A DNA stretch of 39,789 nt from a virus (lineage: Duplodnaviria > Caudoviricetes), in the IMG/VR virus record IMGVR_UViG_3300033067_001294, positions 1 through 39,789 of that record; one strand, given 5' to 3'. Positions 1 through 6,556 of this stretch are shown here, one piece after another. Under the pieces are notes generated by a model. The model had not been told where the DNA came from. It did not search any database and saw only the letters and a list, made by a program, of their open reading frames with translations. Within the stretch, counting starts at the first letter, position 1. Each line of letters begins with the position of its first letter. The translations under genes and the position numbers were made by a program.

Positions 1-301
1 CGCTGTCGTAGGCTTCCACCGTGGCGCTGTCGTAGGCTTCCACCGTGGCGCTGTCGTAGGCTTCCACCGTGGCGCTGCCGTAGGCTTCCACCGTGGCGCT
101 GCCGCAGGCTTTCACCGTGGCGCTGTCGTAGGCTTCCACCGTGGCGCTGTCGTAGGCTTCCACCGTGGCGCTGCCGTAGGCTTCCACCGTGGCGCTGCCG
201 CAGGCTTTCACCGTGGCGCTGTCGTAGGCTTTCACCGTGGCGCTGTCGTAGGCTTCCACCGTGGCGCTGTCGTAGGCTTTCACCGTGGCGCTGCCGCAGG
301 C
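1..301. repeat. 24-bp tandem coding repeat cgctg(t/c)cg(t/c)aggctt(c/t)caccgtgg, ~12.5 copies
   Basis: Directly visible, no spacers; encodes SATV(E/K)A(Y/C)(D/G) on the minus strand. Confidence 0.97.
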
Positions 302-628
302 ATAAACATGACCTTCTGAAATCTCTCGAACCCCGGCGAGCAACACTCGAACCTTGAACCATTCCTCAAGCTCTGCCCTGGCCCGCTTTTCGTCGGCTTT
401 CTTGTCGATCCACGGTGGATAGAGGTCTTGATCGAGTCTGAATATCCATTCCGACAACGGCTTGCTGAAATCTTTGTCGGGAGGGATTATTTCAACGCGC
501 AGAACGTTTGCCTTCATGGCGGTAGATTCCACAAGTTTGTGTTCTCTGATTATCTCTTCGTGAGAATCAGATTTCTTCGACCAGAACACGCGATCTTTTG
601 TGAGAACGAATGAAGCCGGGTTGCACAT
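1..628 (-). CDS. Octapeptide-repeat (ATVEAYDS) putative beta-helix phage protein, 5' part; continues across the circular junction at 39696..39539 (~261 aa total)
   Basis: ATG at 628 overlaps the upstream stop (TAATG). Reads MCNPASFVLTKDRVFWSKKSDSHEEII...VYACGSATVKAYDS... open to the window edge. Absent from the ORF track because it is truncated. Confidence 0.85.
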   Translation of the reverse strand, partial: MCNPASFVLTKDRVFWSKKSDSHEEIIREHKLVESTAMKANVLRVEIIPPDKDFSKPLSEWIFRLDQDLYPPWIDKKADEKRARAELEEWFKVRVLLAGVREISEGHVYACGSATVKAYDSATVEAYDSATVKAYDSATVKACGSATVEAYGSATVEAYDSATVEAYDSATVKACGSATVEAYGSATVEAYDSATVEAYDSATVEAYDS

Positions 629-1521
629 TATGCCGCTTCTCCTTCCGTGGTTTCGGTGCTCGGTTCGGTCTTCGGGGCCTTTGCAAGCTCCTCCTGCCAC
701 TGAGAGCAGAACTGAGCGACGGAGCAATACCCGGCGCAACGCTTTGCCTCACCCTTGCGAGGCTCGACGTAATGACCAGCACCAGCATCGGCGCAAGCGG
801 AACCGGCTTCGGCCTCGCTCATGTAGAGCTTCTTTGCCTTCTTCCCGCCTTTCTTCATCAACGCCCACTTGTCGCCGGCCTTCCACCGCTCCAGGTCGGA
901 GCAGAGGGGAAGCTCACCGGCCCGCGCTTCCTGGTGCAGCTTCACCCGTTCGAAAAGGTAGGCTTCTGCCTTCGCTTCATCCCATAGCGGGATATCCACG
1001 ACGACAACGGGCGTCTGAGGGTGGTCGGGGTTTCGCTTCGCGTCACCCTGCGACCAGTCGCGCAACAGGGCCACAATCTGAATCTTTTTCACCGCGAGCC
1101 AGTTCTCACGGCAGAGCAGGGCCAGGAGGTTGAGTTGCTGTTCCCACTCGTCTTTGTAGCCGTCTCGAACGCTGTAGAGGGTCGTGAACTTGTAATCGCG
1201 CAGGACTCCGCTTTCGATTGTCATGCTGTCGAAGGCCCCGCTGATCTTCCATCCGTTGCGCTCAGTGAACAGGCGCATTTCCTTCAGGTCGGTTCCGCCA
1301 GCACGCTCAAGAAGCTCGTGAATGAGCGAGCCATAGAGGCAGAAAATACGGTCGCTGGCGTCTTCGACAATCTCGTCACCGTGCAGGGAAATCAGAGCCT
1401 TCTGACGCGGCGGGGCGATGAGCCCCGTAACGGTGATGTCCGAGTCACCGCAGTTGTAGGGGTCGTTGCAGACGGCGTTGACGATTGCTTGGGGGAGTCC
1501 GAGTTTGTTTGTGAACTTCAT
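628..1521 (-). CDS. PD-(D/E)XK / Cas4-like exonuclease (recombination)
   Basis: GSLIHELLE, ISGAFD, LRDYKFT, QQLNLLA motifs and C-terminal RCAGYCSVAQFC; adjacent to ERF; GGAGG RBS. Confidence 0.8.
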   Translation of the reverse strand: MKFTNKLGLPQAIVNAVCNDPYNCGDSDITVTGLIAPPRQKALISLHGDEIVEDASDRIFCLYGSLIHELLERAGGTDLKEMRLFTERNGWKISGAFDSMTIESGVLRDYKFTTLYSVRDGYKDEWEQQLNLLALLCRENWLAVKKIQIVALLRDWSQGDAKRNPDHPQTPVVVVDIPLWDEAKAEAYLFERVKLHQEARAGELPLCSDLERWKAGDKWALMKKGGKKAKKLYMSEAEAGSACADAGAGHYVEPRKGEAKRCAGYCSVAQFCSQWQEELAKAPKTEPSTETTEGEAA

Positions 1522-1523
1522 GG

Positions 1524-2528
1524 TTATGCAGCCTCCTGCTGGTTCTGGCTGTTCGCAATCATCTGTTCGAGCTTGGTGACAACGGTTGCACCCTCGGCAG
1601 CGGTCATATCGGAAGCGACAACCAGAGGGTGACCAACGATCATTTCAGCCAGGTCTTTCTTTTCCTCGAGAGTGGTCAGGCCGAGAGTCCCCATGTAACC
1701 GTTGATTCGGCGAAGAATGGCGTGGTCAACCTTTGGTTCCGTCGATGTCTGTGCGGGCGCGGCGGCTTCGGTCGGAGGAGTCTGAGCCAGCTTTTCAGCC
1801 AGGGCCTTGCCGTCCTTGAAGGTCGGGACTTCTTCGATCTGGTTGGAACCGCAGGCGCACGTGACCATCTGCATATCAGCGCTGCTGACCTTGCGGCACT
1901 TGTGGCAGACGTAGAAGCGGAGTTTCTTTTCAGTCTGAGCAGGCGGGACAGCCGATTCTTCTTTTTTGGCCTGGGCCTGGTTGGATGTCTGTGAAGAAGG
2001 TGCCGCAGTCCCGGCAGCAGGGGGAGGGGTTTTCGGCTTCTCCTGCGCGGGAGGCTTCTGGGCCTGAGCCTTCGGCTTGGTCGGCGCGGGCGGCTGTTTA
2101 TCTTCGTCGCCTTCGGGGTCGTCAGAGGTTGCCAGGTTCAGCGCGGAACACATGGCATACTTGCGAGCCCCGGTGATTGCTTTGTAAATGGCCTTGTCGC
2201 TTCTGTCCTGGCCTTCGCCGAAACACTCAGTTTCAATCCACTCGCCAGAGGAGTGAATGATTCGCTGAGTGAGGTGAACGCGAACAACCTGCTCAACACC
2301 ACCGTTCTTTGTCGTCCGAGGCTCGCAGGGGATGACGTTATCTACGGTGGTGATAACCGCGAGTTCGCACTCGCCAAGCCCGGCGACAACGGCATCGCGG
2401 TAGTCTTCGAGTTGAGCGTATTTGTAGCGGTCATAGGCGTTCTCTCCAGACTTCGCAACATCCTTGAACTTGCTCTGAGCCTTCGAGATGGCCGCCGCAA
2501 TCTTGGTGATGGTTTCTGACGTTTTCAT
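1524..2528 (-). CDS. ERF-family single-strand annealing protein with internal Zn ribbon
   Basis: Likely start MKTSETITKIAAAISKAQ; YKYAQLED, HSSGEWIE, AITGARKYA, DDPEG motifs; CHKC...CACG in the C-terminal half. Confidence 0.85.
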   Translation of the reverse strand: MKTSETITKIAAAISKAQSKFKDVAKSGENAYDRYKYAQLEDYRDAVVAGLGECELAVITTVDNVIPCEPRTTKNGGVEQVVRVHLTQRIIHSSGEWIETECFGEGQDRSDKAIYKAITGARKYAMCSALNLATSDDPEGDEDKQPPAPTKPKAQAQKPPAQEKPKTPPPAAGTAAPSSQTSNQAQAKKEESAVPPAQTEKKLRFYVCHKCRKVSSADMQMVTCACGSNQIEEVPTFKDGKALAEKLAQTPPTEAAAPAQTSTEPKVDHAILRRINGYMGTLGLTTLEEKKDLAEMIVGHPLVVASDMTAAEGATVVTKLEQMIANSQNQQEAA

Positions 2529-2587
2529 GGTAGAATCCTTGTGCTTAAGTTTCGCCTCGGCCAGCAGTAAGGGCCGGGGCCTTTTTT

Positions 2588-2776
2588 TTAGTTGATCTTG
2601 CTGTCTTGAAGAGCGAGCAGACCGGCTTTCGAGCGGTCGTTTTCGAGCCACTTCTTGTATCTGGCAACACCCTCGGCGGTGCTGGTGACGGGCCACATGC
2701 AACGAACAAGGTCAGCCACGTCGGCGAACCCGGTAAAAACCATGTCCTTGACCTGAACCTCACTTTCACTTGCCAT
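2588..2776 (-). CDS. Hypothetical protein
   Basis: GGAGG RBS, in-operon position. Confidence 0.6.
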   Translation of the reverse strand: MASESEVQVKDMVFTGFADVADLVRCMWPVTSTAEGVARYKKWLENDRSKAGLLALQDSKIN

Positions 2777-3032
2777 CCTGAATCCCTCCTTTCAGAAATT
2801 TTTCTAAGTGCGCTTTCACTGACGGGGCCTCGGGTTCCAGCAGACTCAGCAGAGCTTGTCGCGGAATCAGAATCTTGCCGTCGAGCTTCCGGGCTACGAT
2901 CCGCCGCTCGTCGATCAGCTTGCGAATCTTCGACTCCGATAGCCCCAGGAACACAGCAGCCTCGAAAACGCTGAGAACCGGCTTTGTTCCGATTGCGGCA
3001 CCGCGAACGATGAGCTTCTGCTGTTCTGTCAT
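2766..3032 (-). CDS. Excisionase-like HTH (HTH_17) DNA-binding protein
   Basis: LSVFEAAVFLGLSESKIRKLIDERRIVARKLDGKILIPRQAL; start taken at MTEQQ. Confidence 0.8.
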   Translation of the reverse strand: MTEQQKLIVRGAAIGTKPVLSVFEAAVFLGLSESKIRKLIDERRIVARKLDGKILIPRQALLSLLEPEAPSVKAHLEKFLKGGIQDGK

Positions 3033-3036
3033 CTGC

Positions 3037-3246
3037 TTACCCCTGCTTGCACGCTTGCTGATTGCGTGTCTTGCTCTTTTCAGACAAAAAAATTCTGAGG
3101 CTGTTTTCATCAATGAATCGACAAGAACCAACCTTGTGAGATACAAACTTGCCCCTGCTGGCCCAGACGTAAATGGTAAGACGTGAAACCTTTCCCAAAT
3201 ACTCTCTGGCTATTTGCAGGGCTACGTCTGCGGTAACTAGTTTCAT
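3037..3246 (-). CDS. Cro-position winged-HTH regulator
   Basis: First gene divergent from the repressor; VSRLTIYVWASRGKF..KVG..RFIDE resembles Xis/AlpA-like HTH. Confidence 0.65.
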   Translation of the reverse strand: MKLVTADVALQIAREYLGKVSRLTIYVWASRGKFVSHKVGSCRFIDENSLRIFLSEKSKTRNQQACKQG

Positions 3247-3266
3247 TTTTCATCACCTCTGAAACA

Positions 3267-3295
3267 ATACTAACATGCTGCAAGCGTGCGGTCAA
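3267..3295 (-). promoter_or_regulatory. Sigma70-type early lytic promoter TTGACC-17-TAGTAT
   Basis: Near-consensus hexamers with 17-bp spacer upstream of the cro-like gene. Confidence 0.7.
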
Positions 3296-3317
3296 GTAAA
3301 AAGTGTTAAAAATGTTT

Positions 3318-3346
3318 TCGACTTTAGTGGGCTGTTTGTTTATATT
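3318..3346 (+). promoter_or_regulatory. Repressor promoter TCGACT-17-TATATT
   Basis: Hexamers with 17-bp spacer, followed by GGGAG RBS of the cI-like gene. Confidence 0.6.
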
Positions 3347-3363
3347 GTGAATGGGAGAGCTTT

Positions 3364-4071
3364 ATGGACTTCAAAAAAATGTTCCGGGTAGAATTAGAGC
3401 GGCAGGGCTTGAAGACGATCAACCAAATGGCCGATAAATGCGGTATTCACAGCGTATATCTAGGCCAGATATTCAACGGAAAAAGACCGCCGCCAAGCGA
3501 TGAAATGATTTCAGTAGCGTGCCGCAAGCTAGGACTTTCGCCAGATAAGACAATGAAACTCTTGCTGGCAGCAGCTCACGACAGAAACAATGGGCAAGCC
3601 TCAGAGACATGGAAGCAGATCAGCGAGCGATTAGACTGCATTGACAATATTGCTCCAATAAATCCGGCTTTCAAAAAGATTTCGGTTTATTCCAAAATCC
3701 GAGGTGGAAACGGCGACAACGGCCACCACGAAGAGGTTATTGTGGACACCATAGAAATAACCGCAGAATTGGCTGCAATGGGAGTGTTCGCTGCTCAAGT
3801 CCGAGGTGATTCTATGGCCCCGGATATTCCGAACGGCTCTTATGCCATTTTTCGACCACTGGCCGAAGACGAGATACCGCCAGACGGAAAAAACTGCGCC
3901 GTCTACGTCGAAGGCTGGAGCGAAGCGGCATTGAAACAGGTCTATTACGACCCTACCGGAATGGTCATACTAAAATCGATCAATCCGGTGTTCCCGCCGA
4001 TCATGGTGAACCCGAACGAAAAAGAGGTCAGGGTTCTGGGCGTGCTTGTTGAGAGCAGGAGGAAGTGGTAA
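3364..4071 (+). CDS. CI-like repressor (HTH XRE + S24 autopeptidase)
   Basis: N-terminal HTH (NQMADKCGIHSVYLGQIFNGKR); VRGDSMAP and ALKQV catalytic Ser/Lys; LKSINP. Confidence 0.92.
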   Translation: MDFKKMFRVELERQGLKTINQMADKCGIHSVYLGQIFNGKRPPPSDEMISVACRKLGLSPDKTMKLLLAAAHDRNNGQASETWKQISERLDCIDNIAPINPAFKKISVYSKIRGGNGDNGHHEEVIVDTIEITAELAAMGVFAAQVRGDSMAPDIPNGSYAIFRPLAEDEIPPDGKNCAVYVEGWSEAALKQVYYDPTGMVILKSINPVFPPIMVNPNEKEVRVLGVLVESRRKW

Positions 4072-4521
4072 GTGGCATTTGAAGTGATTGTTTCATTTGT
4101 TTTCGCTTATATTTTACTTGGGGTATACCAGTTAAGCCAAGACATTCAAGCGGATGAAATGAAAAAGCCAATGTGGACATATAGGCCAACTCCAATAAAA
4201 ATTATGTTGGCAATAGCAACCTGGGTATTAAGGCCAGTAATGCTCAGTTTCAAGTCAAACAGGCATGTGGCAATATCGATATATAACACCATGATAGACA
4301 TAATTATGTTTACAGTTTTGTTTTATACAGCCACTAGATATGGAAGGACAATATCAGAGACTATTATTGTAAAAACAATGTTCGGTCTTATTGTCGGAAC
4401 AATATTATCTCCGTTTTATTCTGTCATTTATAAGATAATTTTACTCCCGGTTAATTGCATTTTTTGGCTTTTAATATCTTCTATGTTTTCTTCAAAGCCT
4501 TTTTACGAAACAACTGATTGA
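4072..4521 (+). CDS. AT-rich multi-pass membrane protein (moron / lysogeny-expressed)
   Basis: Several hydrophobic segments; visibly AT-rich; directly after cI. Confidence 0.6.
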   Translation: MAFEVIVSFVFAYILLGVYQLSQDIQADEMKKPMWTYRPTPIKIMLAIATWVLRPVMLSFKSNRHVAISIYNTMIDIIMFTVLFYTATRYGRTISETIIVKTMFGLIVGTILSPFYSVIYKIILLPVNCIFWLLISSMFSSKPFYETTD

Positions 4522-4526
4522 AATAA

Positions 4527-4808
4527 ATGGGAACAAAATACCCTATCTATTGGCTTTGGGCTGGCCTTTTAACCGGGTTTGCCATAGGGTTTCTGGTCGG
4601 GCTCAACTTCAATGAGCCAACAACCAAGAGCGCAAGACCGATTGCGGGGTCATTCGTCCCGAGAATGGACTCCGAAACTGTTTATGTGGGGAAGTCTGGC
4701 GACTGCTTTCACGCATACGGAAAATGCCTGCGCGGTATCGCTCAGAGCATGACAAAGGAACATGCAGAGGCCAGGGGATACCGGCCCTGCTCTCGATGCT
4801 TCCGTTAA
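4527..4808 (+). CDS. Membrane-anchored protein with C-terminal Cys/His metal-binding motif (Ada-like Zn module)
   Basis: N-terminal TM; VYVGKSGDCFH...C...AEARGYRPCSRC. Confidence 0.7.
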   Translation: MGTKYPIYWLWAGLLTGFAIGFLVGLNFNEPTTKSARPIAGSFVPRMDSETVYVGKSGDCFHAYGKCLRGIAQSMTKEHAEARGYRPCSRCFR

Positions 4809-5830
4809 AGTTGCCCGATCAACCCAGTGTCGTCGTCTTCGACGGTGAGGTATCTCTGCGTTGTGCTGATGTTCGTATGCCCGCAGAGCTTCATCACCTT
4901 CGCGAGCGGTGCGCCGAGAGACAACATGCGGCTAATCCAGTAGTGTCTGAATCCGTGAACACGCCGGTATTGGATTCCGAGGCGTCGGCACGCGGCTTCA
5001 AGGTTTCGTCTCAGCCACCGGGCCGAACACGTTTGTGCCAGAATCGGGAACAGAAGGTCGTCAGACTTCTTGCCGACGATTGCGCCGGCAAGGTATCGAA
5101 TCAGGTCAGGATGGAGCGGAATCTGCCTGAACTGGTTGCTCACGTCCGAGGCCGTCTTGAGGTTCGGGATTCTTGCCACCTTCCCGGCGAGGTCGAGGTC
5201 GCGCACGCGCAACGCGCGAACCTCCCCCACCCTGGCACCGGTAAACGCGAGCATCCGTATCGGGCCTTCGGCGTCTTTGCCGACGAACCAGGCGAGGATC
5301 TTCTCAACCTCGTCTTTCCGGTATGCGCCGACGGTTTCAGGACTGGCCGTGGTGGTCTTGATCGTCGGCCAGGATCGAACCGGTATCACGTCGAGCTTGT
5401 TCTCAGTGAACAGCCAGTTAAGAATAGATTTCAGCACCCTGACTTCTTCGTGAATCGTTTTCGATGCGGCACCATCGGCCTGCCTGCGAGAAACGTATTC
5501 GAGAACCATGTCGGGAGTGATGTCGGACACATACTCGGTCGATCGATCGACAAAGAACCGGTTGAGGTGTCTCAGGATGTGCCCGTATCGGTCGGCCTGG
5601 CCCGCAGAAACAACGGGTCGTTTCCGATCAAGCCAAGCCTCTGCCGCCTCCTTTATCTCAATCGATGCTTTCTTGAGGCCGGCCTTGACCTTCTCGTGTT
5701 CTTCGTCGAACTTCACCTGCTTGCGTTCCGCCAGCTTTTGGCGAGTCACTTTGAGGGATTGCCGGTAAACCTTCCCGTCTATCCGGTATTCGATCTGCCA
5801 GACGCGGCCCCGCTTGAAAATTGTGCTCAT
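4805..5830 (-). CDS. int: Tyrosine integrase
   Basis: FTGARVGE (R), LKT (K), HGFRH, CGH, TQRY catalytic residues; N-terminal arm-binding-like region; GGGGAG RBS. Confidence 0.95.
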   Translation of the reverse strand: MSTIFKRGRVWQIEYRIDGKVYRQSLKVTRQKLAERKQVKFDEEHEKVKAGLKKASIEIKEAAEAWLDRKRPVVSAGQADRYGHILRHLNRFFVDRSTEYVSDITPDMVLEYVSRRQADGAASKTIHEEVRVLKSILNWLFTENKLDVIPVRSWPTIKTTTASPETVGAYRKDEVEKILAWFVGKDAEGPIRMLAFTGARVGEVRALRVRDLDLAGKVARIPNLKTASDVSNQFRQIPLHPDLIRYLAGAIVGKKSDDLLFPILAQTCSARWLRRNLEAACRRLGIQYRRVHGFRHYWISRMLSLGAPLAKVMKLCGHTNISTTQRYLTVEDDDTGLIGQL

Positions 5831-5844
5831 GGTAGTCTCCCCGT

Positions 5845-6062
5845 TGTCAGTGTTTCTGACAGTGAAAGTCTACCAAACTATACTAATTTATATCAACCCA
5901 GGCATGAGAAAGCCCGCTAAAAGCCGCATTTAACCGACTAAAATTAGATCGACCCCGGGTGGGAAGTCTGGGGACGGCAACGAGAAAGGCTATCGGAACC
6001 GGCTTGGTATCAGGTTTTTCGCAGTAACCGGTTTTCGGGGTGTCAGTGATTTTGTCAGTGAT
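5845..6062. other. Putative attP with paired arm-type repeats TG(T/A)CAGTG at 5845, 5857, 6041, 6053
   Basis: Two pairs of 8-10 bp direct repeats with 12-bp period flank ~175 bp beside int; core not identified. Confidence 0.65.
5867..5896 (-). promoter_or_regulatory. Possible integrase promoter TTGATA-18-TAGACT
   Basis: Hexamers upstream of int in an AT-rich stretch. Confidence 0.4.
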
Positions 6063-6484
6063 CCGAGCCACGCCGACGTATAATCACACCCGGCAAGCAA
6101 ATCGGCGAGAAACATATTCCGAGGGGTCAGCAGATACAGGCCGTTGACTGCCGTGAGTTCATTAACCTGATCTTCCGCCGACGCACCCCACCGGCCCATG
6201 TGTCGTAGAATCAGAAACGCGGCCAGCCGGTCACGATCCCACATCCACCGGAAGCCGGCAACGTCGTGGGCCTGCCTGTTGAGGCCCTTGCCGTAGTCGT
6301 GGAAAATAGCCGCGCGCAGAAACGATCGGCGGGTTATGTGGTCGTGTCTGACTTCGGCCCACGGCACGCGCCGCCAGTGCAGCCGGGCCAGCCTGTAGAC
6401 TTCGCGGGCGTGCTCCCACTGGTTTTCCCCGTGGTGGTGTCGTCCGGTCAGACTCGCAGGAGATGACCAGAACAAGCCGGTCAT
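5990..6484 (-). CDS. HD-domain phosphohydrolase
   Basis: EH...AAIFHDYGK...H...RHMG...CD pattern typical of the HD superfamily. Confidence 0.75.
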   Translation of the reverse strand: MTGLFWSSPASLTGRHHHGENQWEHAREVYRLARLHWRRVPWAEVRHDHITRRSFLRAAIFHDYGKGLNRQAHDVAGFRWMWDRDRLAAFLILRHMGRWGASAEDQVNELTAVNGLYLLTPRNMFLADLLAGCDYTSAWLGSLTKSLTPRKPVTAKNLIPSRFR

Positions 6485-6555
6485 TTCTTCTTACAGCCCT
6501 TCTTCGTCGCTTTCTTCTTGCCCTTTTTGGACAGGCCCCGACGTTTGACAGCCAT
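6481..6555 (-). CDS. 24-aa Lys-rich peptide MAVKRRGLSKKGKKKATKKGCKKK
   Basis: Starts 1 nt after the giant-gene stop and ends in an ATGA overlap with the HD gene. Confidence 0.6.
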   Translation of the reverse strand: MAVKRRGLSKKGKKKATKKGCKKK

Positions 6556-6556
6556 G

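Noticed and set aside
1-301. CRISPR array or DGR template/variable repeat
   Set aside because: Units are contiguous with no spacers, are in-frame coding, and no reverse transcriptase or cas operon is present.
628-1521. Cas4 as part of a CRISPR system
   Set aside because: No other cas genes or array; context next to ERF indicates a recombination exonuclease.
2529-2702. Upstream extensions of ERF (similarly scaffold 25727..25789, 30644..30745, 37517..37564)
   Set aside because: Overlap neighbouring genes; downstream starts fit RBS position or family N-termini better.
5949-5990. GC-rich stretch in attP as a tRNA/tmRNA 3' end or riboswitch
   Set aside because: No T-arm or CCA pattern or recognisable aptamer; cannot be assigned without a database search.
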